A DNA stretch of 63,855 bases, the filler included, from Rhabdomonas costata (Eukaryota): NCBI GenBank assembly GCA_019059605.1. It is 48 parts of 48 records of this genome, joined end to end, with 100 filler letters (N's around TTAATTAATTAA, not from the genome) between each part and the next. Parts side by side here need not be neighbours in the genome. Positions count along the whole stretch, not along the records: positions 1 to 1,233 come from JAHMHO010022600.1; positions 1,334 to 2,566 come from JAHMHO010022601.1; positions 2,667 to 3,899 come from JAHMHO010022602.1; positions 4,000 to 5,232 come from JAHMHO010022603.1; positions 5,333 to 6,565 come from JAHMHO010022604.1; positions 6,666 to 7,898 come from JAHMHO010022605.1; positions 7,999 to 9,231 come from JAHMHO010022606.1; positions 9,332 to 10,564 come from JAHMHO010022607.1; 40 more parts are not named here. One strand, 5' to 3'. Both the position numbers and the translations under genes were made by a program. The first letter of the stretch is position 1. Each line of letters opens with the position of its first letter. Below the pieces are notes generated by a model. That model saw only the letters and a program-made list of their open reading frames with translations, did no database searches and was not told the DNA's origin. This document shows positions 1 to 13,194 of the stretch, piece by piece.

Positions 1-776
1 TGTGTTGGGTGTTGGTGGGTAGAAGGTTGAAGGTTGGGTTTTGCCCCTGCCCTGTGGGAGGAAGCGCCGAGCGGACAGCGAAGGTGGAGACATCAAACAG
101 AACCCCCCTCCCTCGGCTGAGCCTTGTGGGAGAACCTCGTAATTTCAAGTGCCAAAGTCCGACAAGTCTTCTGGTTGGAAGGGAAGCGCTGAGCAAATGG
201 CCTCATGGCGAAGAGTTTGGGTGGGCTTGCCGCTGAATATTTGCGTTGGCCTTCGACTTCAAGAAAAGATTAAGTCGAAATTAAGTCGAGTTAGTAAACA
301 TAAGGTGAATTACATCCGGAAACCGGAATTTGGTATGTTGCGAGTTTCCAATTGAAGTCCTGAACGCTTTAAAATGCCGCTAGGCTTGTGTAGATGCGTA
401 TGATATGTCTTAAACGTTTTCTTGCTACTGGGGCTAAAAAGCACATGTTCTGAGTTTACTGTGTAACGTGCTATGCATAGTAGTAGTAGCATTATGTGTT
501 ATGTATATGTAGTAAATTAATATTTTCCTTTCCCTTTCCCTTTCCCTTTCCGGCAAGTGTGGCTCACTATCTGACAGAACTGTTGCCTTGGGTAGCCTTC
601 ACATTGTGCCCTTGCTCAGCTTTGTGCACCGAAGACCAGACGTTGACCTCGGAGGGGTCTTGGGCCCCTGGGGCCTCTCTTGTTTTCCGTTTCCTGTGTG
701 TGAGCTCCTAGCGGCAGTCCCGGGTGTCCGGTGGTCGGCCTGGTTTCATGACGATGGTTTTCTTGCTGGCACCGCA

Positions 777-830
777 ACTGCACTTACTACCACTGCACTT
801 ACTACAACTGCACTTACTACTACTGCACTT
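777..830 (+). repeat. 15-bp tandem minisatellite (ACTGCACTTACTACN x ~3.6)
   Basis: Seen directly; explains the TTALT repeat in ORF 588..869. Confidence 0.9.
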
Positions 831-1015
831 CGGGTCGCCAGGAACATCCTTCAAATAGAAAACAGTTAAAATTGGGGATTAACTTGGGCCCAAAATCGGT
901 TCCCGTAATCGGTTCCGATTAAGTGCTAAAAAAAATTCATTACATGCCAGAAAAATTAAAATGCGAAATAAAAGTTTTTTTTATTTTTTTAGAAAAGTCT
1001 TTTACCTGTTTGATC

Positions 1016-1231
1016 TGGTTTCGAACTTGATCAGCATTCCCTTCTTAAAGAAAGGAGACTACAAAAGACGTATGACAATTTGCCTCCTTTGTGTGCTGTC
1101 GAAAAAATGAAAGTAACAGTGCTAACTGAATAAAATGCAATTTTTCGACAGCACACAAAGGAGGCAAATTGTCATACGTCTTTTGTAGTCTCCTTTCTTT
1201 AAGAAGGGAATGCTGATCAAGTTCAAAACCA
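1016..1231. repeat. Terminal fold-back inverted repeat (~90-bp arms, ~30-nt spacer), probable amplification chimera
   Basis: 1016-1108 is the near-perfect reverse complement of 1140-1231, ending at the contig edge. Confidence 0.9.
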
Positions 1232-1233
1232 CA

Positions 1234-1333
1234 NNNNNNNNNNNNNNNNNNNNNNNNNNNNNNNNNNNNNNNNNNNNTTAATTAATTAANNNNNNNNNNN
1301 NNNNNNNNNNNNNNNNNNNNNNNNNNNNNNNNN
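1234..1333. other. Artificial contig linker (N44-TTAATTAATTAA-N44, stops in all six frames); recurs every 1332-1333 bp across the window
   Basis: Identical N-flanked TTAATTAATTAA spacer between segments of 1232-1233 bp. Confidence 0.98.
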
Positions 1334-2666
1334 TTGTGTGTTGCAGTTTTGGGCGTGTTTGGGTTCAGTCAATCTTGTGAAGAAAAATGAAGAAGAAATG
1401 CTACCATCGGGACTTTGGGTCGGTAGCAGTTGCATTAGGGACCTATTGGAACCGTTCTAAAGGCACTGTTGGATTTGAGTTGGTCGCCAACACAGCGCAG
1501 CGGCAATTGCCAAAATTTCGAGAGCCAGTTAGGTTCATTTACCACATCTTCTGTCCCATGTGGACACCTGTGAAGGCACAGTAACTGTGTACAGCGCCAG
1601 TGGGGAAAAAGGCGTCTGAGGTCGCGAAGGGGGGAGGGGGCAAACAAGATCCTTTCAAGTGTTAGGACTATGTTTACGCCGTCCGTGGTTTTTATTTAAA
1701 AAAAATTTGTGAAAGTTTTTTTTATAGAAAAGTGGTTCACAGCACAGCGTCACCCCTGTTCAGATGTGCAAACGGCAAATAGCAAACAGCAAAGAACACA
1801 CGAGGAACAGGAAAGAGAAGAAACGCGTGAAGGTGGTACGGGAGACGTGTGCAGAGCTCGGAACTGTGGGTAAGCACTGAAACACTCCTGAGGCTGCCAA
1901 GAGTGACCCAGTGTGCATGGGAGCAGAAAAACATTTAGAAGGATTCTAGAACACCTGCGGGGTCACTGGGCCTCTATCTCATTCCATATTTTTAAGGATG
2001 CCGCCGCATTCAGGGCCTCGTCGTCCCGCTCGAACTGGCTGCAGCAGATTGCGGGTACGAATTTCTGAAATTCAAAATACATAACACCACTTCAAAGAAA
2101 GTCCTTTTCCTCGGAATGGAACCCGCTAAGGCTCTGCAACCTGCGGAGGTGTCCGCAGCTACGTTCGGCAGTCAGGGGACGTCCGCCACGGGATCTTAGC
2201 GCGGAAGTGAAAAGAAGCCGTTTTCTGACGGCAATGCAATCACAAAAGAGAAAAAGTGGCGACATCAACACGAGCTGCCCAACACCAAAAGGAGCGAAGC
2301 ACTCCACAGTCGGTTGCGAGTCACACCGTCAACGTCACCGCGTCACCGCAGCGATCGCTTGGTTCTCCCACATTACATTGAGGGGGATTTGAGGGGGGAT
2401 TTCATCGGTTGACGGTATAACGTCCGTAAACGGGAATTGGTACTAACTGTAGGCACAATGTTGCAAAAGTGGCACGTCTTTGCTACACTTGAGGGCTGCT
2501 CCCAAACTTATAAGTGAAATAAGTCCCACCCGTCCACGCGTCCCACCCCGCAAGAAACAACAAAAANNNNNNNNNNNNNNNNNNNNNNNNNNNNNNNNNN
2601 NNNNNNNNNNTTAATTAATTAANNNNNNNNNNNNNNNNNNNNNNNNNNNNNNNNNNNNNNNNNNNN

Positions 2667-3830
2667 GTGGGGTTTGGGACCTTGTAAAGATTTTCGTACC
2701 TCTTCGGAGAGAGCAGGAGGTGATTGCAAAGTATCACGACTCTCCAGCAGCAGGACATTGGGGAGTGTTAAGGACTACGGCGATGCTGAAGAGGACTTAC
2801 ATCTTTCGTATCATGAAGATGAAGGTCAAGGAGTGACATTGTGACATTTGTCAGAGGTGCAAAGCAGATCATCATTTGCCCAGAGGCCATACTCAGGTGT
2901 TGGAGGTGCCGGTGAGAAAATGGGAATCTGTATCAATAGATTTAGTAACAATGCCTGACACCGAGTGGTTGTTCCAAGGGAGTCCGATTCCTACGAACGA
3001 GATTCTGACGGTCACGGACAGAGCAACTAAGATGGTAGTGTTGGTTCCATGTCACAACGAGATGTCAGCGTTTGATATTGCGGAGTTGTTTTGGTGGGAG
3101 GTGGTTCGTTACCATGGACTGCCAAGAAGCATCGTAAGTGATAGAGATCCAGTGTTCATGTCGTTGTTTTGGAAGGAGTTGATGACGTTCTTGGACATTC
3201 AGCAGAGGAGGTCTTCGCCATATCATCCGCAGACGAATGCCAAGGCCGAGAGGACAAATCAGACGATGAAGCAAGTGTTCCGTACGATGATTGCGACGAG
3301 GCCTGGAGTGAAGTGGCAAGATCTTGTGGTGTTGGTGGAGATTGCGACCAACAGTGCGCCAATTGCAAACACGGAGTACAGTCCGTTTTACCTCAACTAT
3401 GGGTATCACCCAGTGTTTTGGTGGGATTTGCCTGAGACGCCAGAGCCAGGGCTCGGAGCAAGAAGAGAGCCGGTGAGGTTGCAAGTAAAGAAGTTGATGT
3501 ACGAGTGGACCTTGTTTCGCAGTGCGTTTGAGAAAGAGAGGGAGCGTGCAGCGGCTTATTCAAATCGTAAGATATATCGCAGATTGCAAGTTCTTTGTAG
3601 GGCAAGATGTACTGATCAACAAGCGGAAGCACTACAAGGGAAAGTTCGGAGACCCAGCAGGTCCGTTAGCTCCGAAAGCTGTAGGGCCGTTTACTATCAT
3701 CAAGAAAATCACAGACACGACTTTTGTGCTGGACATTCCGAAGAAGTTGAGAGGAAGAGCACATCCAGGTTTTCATTCTAGTGATCTCATTCCTTACGAG
3801 ACGATAGTTTTGGATCCAGTAGGAATACTA
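2667..3830 (+). mobile_element. Ty3/gypsy LTR retrotransposon integrase, degenerate
   Basis: HHCC zinc finger (YHDSPAAGHWG...CDICQRCK), core WESVSIDLV...IVSDRD...PYHPQTNAKAER, SPFYLNYG and a GPF C-terminal module; in-frame stop near 2834 and frameshift near 3570. Confidence 0.92.
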
Positions 3831-4002
3831 CCGGAAAGCGATGAGGAAGGTAGTGTTGATGAACCTGATGGTGGAGGAGACGACGGTCACGATAGCAGGN
3901 NNNNNNNNNNNNNNNNNNNNNNNNNNNNNNNNNNNNNNNNNNNTTAATTAATTAANNNNNNNNNNNNNNNNNNNNNNNNNNNNNNNNNNNNNNNNNNNNG
4001 TG

Positions 4003-4156
4003 GGGTGGTTGTACCATGGTAATGAATGGTGCGATTTGTATGACGTATGATGGTACCGATCAGCTTAGTGCGCGGATGCATCTTGTTTTGGGTGGATATA
4101 ATGGTGTGGTGCGAATTGGTACATGATCAACAGAGTGAATAGTACGACACAGAAGC
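4003..4156 (+). repeat. Dispersed repeat, near-identical copy at ~42388-42541
   Basis: GTACCATGGT(A/G)ATGAATGGTGCGATTTGTATGACG...GTACGACACAGAAGC is shared with only a few substitutions. Confidence 0.85.
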
Positions 4157-7100
4157 GAGACAGCAGATCATGGGGTTGTGACCCAAGTCTTTGTCTCTGA
4201 CGAAGAGTGCTGTGGCATGTTATTTGACTACAACTAGCGTGCTCGTTATTTATGTACTGGACTCTCAGCGAGTGGATGGGGTCTGTGTTTGTGGATTGGA
4301 TGAGGCGTCTTTTGTGGCTGCAATGCAACTGAGCGTAATGGTGATATTACGAGACCTGACTACTGTATTTTCGAAGAACGTGGGATACTCGGTCGACAAT
4401 GTGTCACATGTGAACTGGCCGTTGTGTAGTTGTCCTGTATTGTAACATGTCAATGTGGACGAGCTGCGTGGTGAAGATTACTATGATGAGGTGATGTGGG
4501 CTAGTGTGTGTGGATACGCAGATAGTAAATGCGAAAAATGACAGGAAGTGAAGGGCAATACAGTGGATGATATGGGGGTCTATGAGAAAATACGTGTTTA
4601 GTACTAGTATAGTAGGTGTATCCTCCGCGATTGGCGTGTAGTCTTGTGTAGTGGATCTTGTACACCATATAAAAGCCTACTGATGGTAGCACCAGCCCTT
4701 TTTAGATCTGGATATTCTGCCAGTACCACCAAGTGGTATTGCTCTTTGATGTGTGTGTTCGTAAGTGGTCGCACACACTGGCTGGTTGAAGATATGTTGG
4801 GCTCGTTCGGTTGTGAAATGGTGCGAGATGTGCGGTTTTGTGGAAAAAGACCGTATATGTTTCATAAAAAGTCTTGGCGTAGTGAAATTATGGAGACAAT
4901 CCGCATCAAGTGTATTATGGTGACCCCCACTATCAAGTATATTTTGTGGATTTATCTGCTTTCGGTGTCTTTTACGGACAAAATGTTTCCCAGGAAGAAC
5001 GCACATTAGCAAGTTGTGTGTCCAACGTTTTTTTGGTTTATTTTACGCAACCTGGCTTTCTACAGCACTAGGTTGCTGGTGTTTGATTTTCATTGACAAG
5101 GCAAAAGAAAGTGAAGGTGTACCCGTCCACCTTCACTCCCACCAAAACAATGAGAAAATGACCGCCCAATACTTTTTCTGGTTTACTGCGCGTCAATGGA
5201 AGAAGAGGCTCTAAAAAATAATGGCCAGCAATNNNNNNNNNNNNNNNNNNNNNNNNNNNNNNNNNNNNNNNNNNNNTTAATTAATTAANNNNNNNNNNNN
5301 NNNNNNNNNNNNNNNNNNNNNNNNNNNNNNNNGGGTGGTGTTTTTCCGCTCTACTTACAGCTACACGGTCCCTCTGTCAGGAGAGCGGAAAAACAGCATA
5401 CCAAACCTCTCATTTTGCTAAAAATAAACGACTTTCAAATGAAGTTCGAGACAGAAAACGCAGTTTTACCTAACCTCTGGTACACTCGAAATAGCATCGC
5501 CAAGAAAAAGATCGGTTCGGGCCATCCATGCCAGCACAAGCTGCGGCACAGCACGCATCCTCCTTCCAGCCCAGGGGGCTCCTGGAGCATGTCCTCCATA
5601 CACGAGAACAATAACCGCAGAAAACGTTTGAGTGGTATCATCTGTGACGAGGGCTGGAGGGCTGAGTGTCCAACTTGTGCCGATTCGTTTCATTCCGGGA
5701 GTGCGCAAACCACCTTCGCGAACTGATTTCACTACCAATCACGCGGGTGGGCCAGCACATAGAGTTGGGTTACGTGGAGTGCCTTTTTCCTTAGTAAGTG
5801 CGGGGATACGAACGGAAAAGCGGGAAGCTGTGGGGTAAACGGTTGGTTCTTGTACTTCTTGAACTTCTGGCACCACGAGATCACCACAGCGAAGCTTTGG
5901 GCTGGAAGGCTTCTTCTGCCGATCGCTTCATACTTTGTGCTTCACTTCAGAAATGTTTGTCGTATTTCGAAGTGTTGGTGTGAGCGTCAAAAAGGCTATT
6001 GCATACTGGAACCATAAACCGAAAGACATCTCGATCAGCTGAGCACAGAAGACAGTGTCTCCTTTCCTTCAGATCAACTGAGGAGCGTGAGCTGGGGGCC
6101 TGTTTTTGTCGAGCAAGCTCCCGCTGTGGGGGAGCATTGATGAACTTTTGAGGCTTCTTATTATATAAGACAACCGTAGTGTGCTGTGTGACTGGTTTCC
6201 TGCATCTTCTGCCTTTTATGGGTATCCTGGGGAACCGTTGGTTAGAAGAGGTTTGGGGATGAATTTCTTCGCGTATACGAATGGAAACTGGCGGTAAATC
6301 ATGAAACGGCGAGTTCGAAGCTTGCTACGAAACCTCCACAGCGGAGTTTTACTGACGCTGAAAGTACCATCGTAATGTCTGGAAAAAGCCGAAAGACCCC
6401 CCTCCCCATCACTCTTCGTACCACACTTTGGCGCAGACAATAGGTCGGATATCTGCGAGTTGAACTGACGGTGTCCCCTCCAACGAATTCCAGTTGGATG
6501 CTATCCCGTGCCGGAACTTGAAGCGAGGTTGCTCAGCCTGACTCACGACATTTCTCCCCAACACANNNNNNNNNNNNNNNNNNNNNNNNNNNNNNNNNNN
6601 NNNNNNNNNTTAATTAATTAANNNNNNNNNNNNNNNNNNNNNNNNNNNNNNNNNNNNNNNNNNNNGTGGTTGTTGGCTTTCTTTTTTTATGTGAGACGTT
6701 CCACTTGTCGCATTTGTCGCCATTTCTTCTCGGTTGAGGAGGAATCGGTTGTACCTTGTGCGCTGCTTTGATTCATGCCACTCGATGAAAAATCAAGTGG
6801 AACGGTGCTGTACCCTTGCGGGCCGACGGGTGGCAGGCGGCGGGCTGGGAATCTGTGGCCCACTCTTTTTTTTCAGGCCTTACGAGGTTCTCCTGTCAAT
6901 CTCTCTTTCTGGCCCCTGGCTCCCTGCACCTCCTTTGGATTGCTGTGGGTTTTGTGTCTTTCTGGTCCGAGGATCCGCCTGTTTGGTAGTACCTTCCTGG
7001 TGGTGCAGGGTTTCGATGGAATTCAGTATGCTCACTGGGAGACGAAATCCAAAGAAATTGCTGGGGATTCCAGATGATCATGGTTTGTTGGTTTCCTTGT

Positions 7101-8824
7101 GACCTTTTAATTCTTACGTGCCAAATGTGACCTTGCTTTTAGGAGGTCACACCGTGATAGGGAAGTAGAATCGTAACTACGGGCGACATCTACAACCCAT
7201 GGCGTATGTACCCGATTTGCATGGTTTTGCAAGCATGCGCAGCTTTTCGCGTGGTCACGGTGAAAATTGTCGTGTGACCGGATAGTGCTGGTGGGGTTGT
7301 ATAATGGCAACATTTGTGACTTTCACAGGAGGTTCTACGTTTCCACATGGATGTGATGTATTTACCAGCAACCAATTAACAAAAATTTCTGGAAACTCTT
7401 CTGTTAGCCTTGCACCAGGTGCGTAAGTGATTGCACCCCCCTCTGTGACAACGGTGCAGCAGACGCTGCATTCCTAGGCACAGAGGACCTTGCTACAGCT
7501 TCGGTTGTGTGTTGCCACGTTGGGTTTTGGTATAAAATGGACCCGTTGTGAGGGTCTGAACACTGATTTGCCCGTGCTCTGTCGGTTGCGAAGGAAGATT
7601 TTGAGGCCTCGGCTTTAAAAATCCTCCGCAGCCAATGCTATGAAGTTTTGGAGCGTCTTACGAGTTGGTGTCCTAAAGCCTTTGACATAGACTCTTCCGC
7701 TCGATACTCCACCTCCTGCCTTTGCCAAAGTTTGTGCAGCTCACGTGGTGTTTTATTGGAGGACTTTTTGTTCCCTCCCTGCCTCTCTCCTCTCTACTGC
7801 CCCCACGCTGACTCACAGCCCGGGAAACCGTTTGGCCAGGCTGCTTGAGACGCGACCACTGTATTAAAATCCCCTCTCCCCTCCTCCCACCCAAAAACNN
7901 NNNNNNNNNNNNNNNNNNNNNNNNNNNNNNNNNNNNNNNNNNTTAATTAATTAANNNNNNNNNNNNNNNNNNNNNNNNNNNNNNNNNNNNNNNNNNNNTT
8001 TTTTTTTGCATCCCCTCTCTTTGTGCCACTGGATCGTACTCGAGTTGTCTGGTCTTATTTGGCTGGCAGTGCCAGATTTATATTTGCGCTTCTTGCTCCT
8101 CTCCTTTTTGCTTTGCACCTTACTCTTTGTCTGGATTGTGGTGCCGGAACCATGTTTTCCGGCTGCTTTGTGAGCTTTGGTAGTGCCAGGGGGTGGGAGC
8201 ACTCAAGCTGAGGTCGTCCACCGGTTAAACCGAGGAAATTTTTGGAAGTTTTTCTGCTGTTTACCTGTAATGGCCCGCAACACCAAATAAAAGAAGTATG
8301 GCGATGGAATCATACAAAATGTCGAAGACGTCTTCTGATTTCATCAAAATAGCAGCATTTCTGCTTTTTTTTCTTTTTTTCTTCAGATTTTCCGTACAGC
8401 GAAACCGGACCCTAGCCGAGGCTCCTGCGAGCAACAACACATGCTTACGGCGCATTACAGTAGTCTATTACATTACAGTCTATCTTTACCCAATAAAGAA
8501 ATCTTCTGTATAAGTTACGTGGACATCGACAGTAGCTCTTGAAAAAGTTGTTTGAAATGTGCAAAGGGATCGTGACCCTTGGGTGGTTTTTGTGTGGGTC
8601 TCGTCCCCTCGTCCTCCCCCAAGGCTCCCTCGTCAGTTTGAATGGACAGCAGTTTAACGCCCAAAAGGCCAAGTGAAATTCACTGTTACAGCTTTGGTCT
8701 TGGTGTATGCGGGGACGGCACAGCTGACGTTGGAGGAGGAGGGGGGTACCTGTTATTACTGTTTGCAGAGGTTGGTGTTGTTTTTTTCTAATAAACGATC
8801 AGGTGCACTGGAAGTTGGAGGGGA

Positions 8825-9207
8825 GGGGAGTGGTACCAGTGGTTACCAGTGCTAACAATGTTACAATGGAAGCAGATTTAAAAAGTTGTTAAAGGGCCTC
8901 AGGTCACGTCCATGCCCCGGCCGCCCGGTCCGGCCGCGGCGCGGACTGGCCTTCGCCCCTAAACCAATGCTGTGCTACCCGTTCGCCCACATCCCAGCCA
9001 ATGGCAAGTCCTTATCCAGCAATAGCTTTCAGCTGCTGAGTAAAAACAATCATCCAGGGGGCACTGGCAAAGCCTGCCTAAGCCCCTTTTACAAAAATAC
9101 AGTTTTTCGAGAGTACTGGCAACTTTACTTCACTGCTGTAAGTTAAATTTTTTAAAACAGATTTTAAACCAGTCTTCTTTTATCACTGGAAACCGTTACC
9201 AGTCCCC
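8825..9207. mobile_element. MITE-like non-autonomous element, copy 1
   Basis: Ends GGGGAGTGGTAC / GTTACCAGTCCCC; interior homologous to 59981-60345. Confidence 0.7.
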
Positions 9208-9359
9208 CCCACAACCAAACACACCCACCACNNNNNNNNNNNNNNNNNNNNNNNNNNNNNNNNNNNNNNNNNNNNTTAATTAATTAANNNNNNNNNNNNN
9301 NNNNNNNNNNNNNNNNNNNNNNNNNNNNNNNTGGTTTTCAGTCCAGAGGGGGGGGATAC

Positions 9360-10367
9360 CTTTATCCCCATCGCTGCACCTGCTTTCACCAGGGCCTCCG
9401 TAGTTTCGGCCATCTTATAAAGAGCCGTGAGGTGGACAAGAGTGGAGCCCGTCTCCGGGTCCACGACACTGTTAATTTCCACCGCATTCTCAGCCAGAGT
9501 AGGCCCCAGCAGCACCACAGCGTTTTTGTCGTTTTTCCCGGTCATGACAGCCACCTCCAGCGGCACCCGCCCAGAGGCGTTCTGCGGACGTGGAATGAAT
9601 TGCAAAGGCAGGGCATAGGGTGACGGGTAAGCAATGCAGTTCCGCTACAGTTCTTTATGAATTTTCACAATTTTATTTTCCGTTTCTCAGATTGGTCTTT
9701 ACAATGGCCGGTGCCCGTCAAAGAAAGGAGCTCACTTCACAGTCAGTTGTGCGCGGGTCTGGAAACCTTTCTCGACCTCTCGAAAAGGCAGACGGCATTC
9801 GCTCGTGAGAAAAGAAAACGAATGTCACTGACCTCCGCTTCCCCCCCCCCCGGCCCCCTGCGTCGGTCTGTGATGCTTTGCTCGAATTCTTATGGCAGAG
9901 ATCCACGCAGTGTGAGAAGGCAGGGGCAGGCCGCGCCAGCTCCTCAAATATGAACCCAACTTGACCTGCATCTGACCGCTGCCCGATTTCCCAAATCGAA
10001 CACTGACTCAACCCAAAGTGCATATGCTTTTCCTTCGGTGCTAGTTGGGCTTTTTCGCTCATGTGAACCACATGCCAGTGCCACATCCGCCCACAGTGTG
10101 AACATAGTGTGGGTAGGCAGGGGACGTGGTGAGGACGGGACGTGCCTTCGAGGAGACGGGGGCTCCCAAGGCAACGAGCCTCTCCACTACGAAGGTATAC
10201 ACGCGTCTCAGCACCGCGAGGTGCAGCACAGTGTGGGCCCCGCTGGAGCTGTCGCTGGCCACGCTGAGGTCCAGCCCTAACTCTGGGGCCTTATCCAGCA
10301 AAAGGGGCAAGCCCTCCCAGTGCGAACCCTCCAACACGCGGTACACCGCCGTGCGGCCCTTCCCATC
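9360..10367 (-). CDS. Ankyrin-repeat protein, exons 10146-10367 and 9360-9581
   Basis: GRTAVYRVL, AHTVLHLAV, GRVPLEVAV and GSTLVHLTA..LVKAGA motifs; CAG acceptors; GC and GT donors. Confidence 0.8.
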
Positions 10368-10916
10368 CTGCAGGCAAAACGAAGGATGGCAAGAAAGAAG
10401 GATTTGCACCAGAACCAAAGGCGGAAGAACGGGCCTCAAGGGCACACAAAAGAGGGAGTGCTCCACAGAGAACCGCAGAGAAATCGAAAGGGCCACCGCA
10501 GTGGGGGGCCCAAAAGAAAAACCGGCACCCGCAAAAGAGTGCCGGCATCAAACGAAACACAAAANNNNNNNNNNNNNNNNNNNNNNNNNNNNNNNNNNNN
10601 NNNNNNNNTTAATTAATTAANNNNNNNNNNNNNNNNNNNNNNNNNNNNNNNNNNNNNNNNNNNNGTGTGTTCTCAAATGTTGTCTCATTCTGCTCGGTGG
10701 GGGACTTAAGGGTTGGTGATTGCTGGTGCTGGGACCGGGCTTGCATGAAGCGTTCCTGCGTTGTTCCAAGGTTCCAAGGGGTATCCGGAGTCCGACGAGA
10801 CGCAAGGGACGAAGGCAGTGAGAAAGACCAAAGTGAGGATGGACATCCTCTTTTGTTCTGGACTCATGTGTACTCCGGGGGAGTAAGATGTGTTGGGGGG
10901 GGGGTCTGCTGCCCAG

Positions 10917-11167
10917 GGAAGCGAGTGTCGTGCATCGACTGGCAGCCCAAGTCCAACCGCATCGTCGCGCTGTCTGTGATGGAGCCGATTGGGTTTGAGG
11001 AGCGGGTGCAGCTCAACCGCCGCGTTCAGGAGGCCACCGTGGTGGTGTGGTCCTTCGCGGACTCGATTCACCCCCAGTTTGTGCTGGAGGCCCCAAACGA
11101 GGTCACCGTGGTGCGGTTCAACCCTACTAACCCGATGATCCTCGCCGGCGGGTGCACCAACGGCCAA
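10917..11167 (+). CDS. DNAI3: Axonemal dynein intermediate chain WD40 exon (WDR63/DNAI3/IC140-like)
   Basis: KRVSCIDWQP...VVVWSFADSIHPQFVLEAPNEVTVVRFNPTNPMILAGGCTNGQ bounded by AG/GT. Confidence 0.75.
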
Positions 11168-12453
11168 GTCTCTCCTTTGCTACGATCTCCTCGCCCACCC
11201 ACCCAAATTCGACAAACCAACGCCCACCTGTCGGGAAGCAGCTGCGGGCTTGCAGGACCTTGTGGACCTTGTGTGTGTGAACAATTGGGTTGGAGTTACC
11301 GTTACCAGAGGTAAATTGATACCACGAAAAGCATTTAACTTCTCCAGAATTAACTGTTTGCTTTGGTAGCCGATATCAGTCCTGCATTTGTGCCATACCT
11401 CTCATCACCATGCCCCTTGTTCCAGCTGGTAAAGTTGCCTTTTTATCGATGCCTATGTTTCCCCCGATCATCTTCGTCTGTCCGACTCTCAACTCTGCTC
11501 ATGATTACATGATTACGTGTTTCGGTTTCGGTTTTCTCTTTATCTTTATGCTGCTCCTTTGCATCTTGTTACCACGAATAATGAGCAATGGTTTGCTGCT
11601 CAAACTTTCGTTTCGCACATGAAAGACACAAAACACTTCACGTGACCAGTGACCCAAAACAAATCTCTTCGCGTTGCCAGAAACGAGAAATTATTTGGGA
11701 GTGTGGGAAAGGTTGGGCCAAGGCGTGAAGACGTGTGGAGCGGAGAAGCACAATGAAGGGCGGCAGTTGATGAATGCGGGAGACTGCGTCGGCGGCGTTT
11801 GAGCAGGATGGGGGTCAACGCGACAGCGACTTTGATGGAAAACTGATTTACGACACGCCAAATGCGGCGACGAATCCGGAGGAAAATCGGATGCTTGNNN
11901 NNNNNNNNNNNNNNNNNNNNNNNNNNNNNNNNNNNNNNNNNTTAATTAATTAANNNNNNNNNNNNNNNNNNNNNNNNNNNNNNNNNNNNNNNNNNNNGGG
12001 TGGGGTGGTCTAGACTACTGAAAACTATGAAATGGGCCACGGATTATTCCTGCTTAGGAATCAAAAATTTCTAGTGAAGCACTCACCACCACCGTATTGC
12101 ATTCAGCACCTCGAGTCAGGAATCACCAATAGGGACAGTACTGCATGCAACCACAACACCACAGCTTCACCTCAGGAGGTTTTGTCTGAACCTCAGAACC
12201 TCCGGCGCGGAATCACACCGTTATTCCGCCCCGGGGATCGTGGGAGTCTGATGTTGATGCACGTGTTTGCTTTTGCAACGTTTTCTGCTCAATGTTTGCT
12301 AGCGGAGGGGGGGAACACAAACGAAGACCCCAATTTCAGACAATTCAGACAATTCTGACTAACGATGACTAGCGAGGGGAGTTACCTCAGCCGGCATACC
12401 GGAGTGTTGCTTGAGTCTCACCACGGCCCATTTGCGCAGTTTCTGTGTCCAAG

Positions 12454-13194
12454 GCTGACGTGCAGGCGATCGCCAGCGCCCTCCCCGTGGGACGATGCTG
12501 CAGCCTGGTGTACACCAGCGGCACCACGGGGAATCCCAAGGTATGCCCTTCTCTCCTCTTCTATCGTATTCTTGCTCAGGCCGGAAACTCGAAAAGGAGG
12601 AATGGGTCACCGAGAAGGCGAACAGGCTACCGCCACGTTGAGGTTTTTCGGTTTCCCCACGACGCCTTTTGCTGGTCTCAGCTCTGCGCATGAGTGACGA
12701 AAGAACACCATTTACAGAAGAATGTCATTTCGGCTTCTGTGTTCCTCCCCACACCTCTCCAATGCACACGAACATGCCCAAAGGCCAGCATGTTTCCCGA
12801 TCCACAGCCAACTATTTCTTCTTCGCGCGCACTACCCTACCAATGCTCGTTGCAAATGGAACGAGAACTGCAATGGTACGTTGCAGGAGTTGACTCAGGC
12901 CAGTGAAGTTCTACAGTCTTCTGCAGTCCACAATTCCCAGTCATGGTCAACTGCTGACATCTATCTTGCTTTCTAACGTTATCGGTGACACGATTGCGAT
13001 TCCAATGGTTGAGGTTTGGAGAGTGTCGATACCTGCTTGGCGGCTTCTTCTTTGACACATCTCAGGCTGTGATGCTCTCGCACGACTGCATCGCCTTCAC
13101 GGCGCACTCCCTGCTGCAGCGGCTGGGCCACTTTGGCACCGACGAGGAGGAGCGGCTGCTGTCCTACCTGCCGCTCTCGCACATCGCGGCGCAG
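12454..13194 (+). CDS. Long-chain acyl-CoA synthetase (ACSBG/bubblegum-like), exons 12454-12540 and 13066-13194
   Basis: AMP-binding motif CCSLVYTSGTTGNPK|AVMLSHD and SYLPLSHIAAQ joined in frame across a GT-AG intron. Confidence 0.9.
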
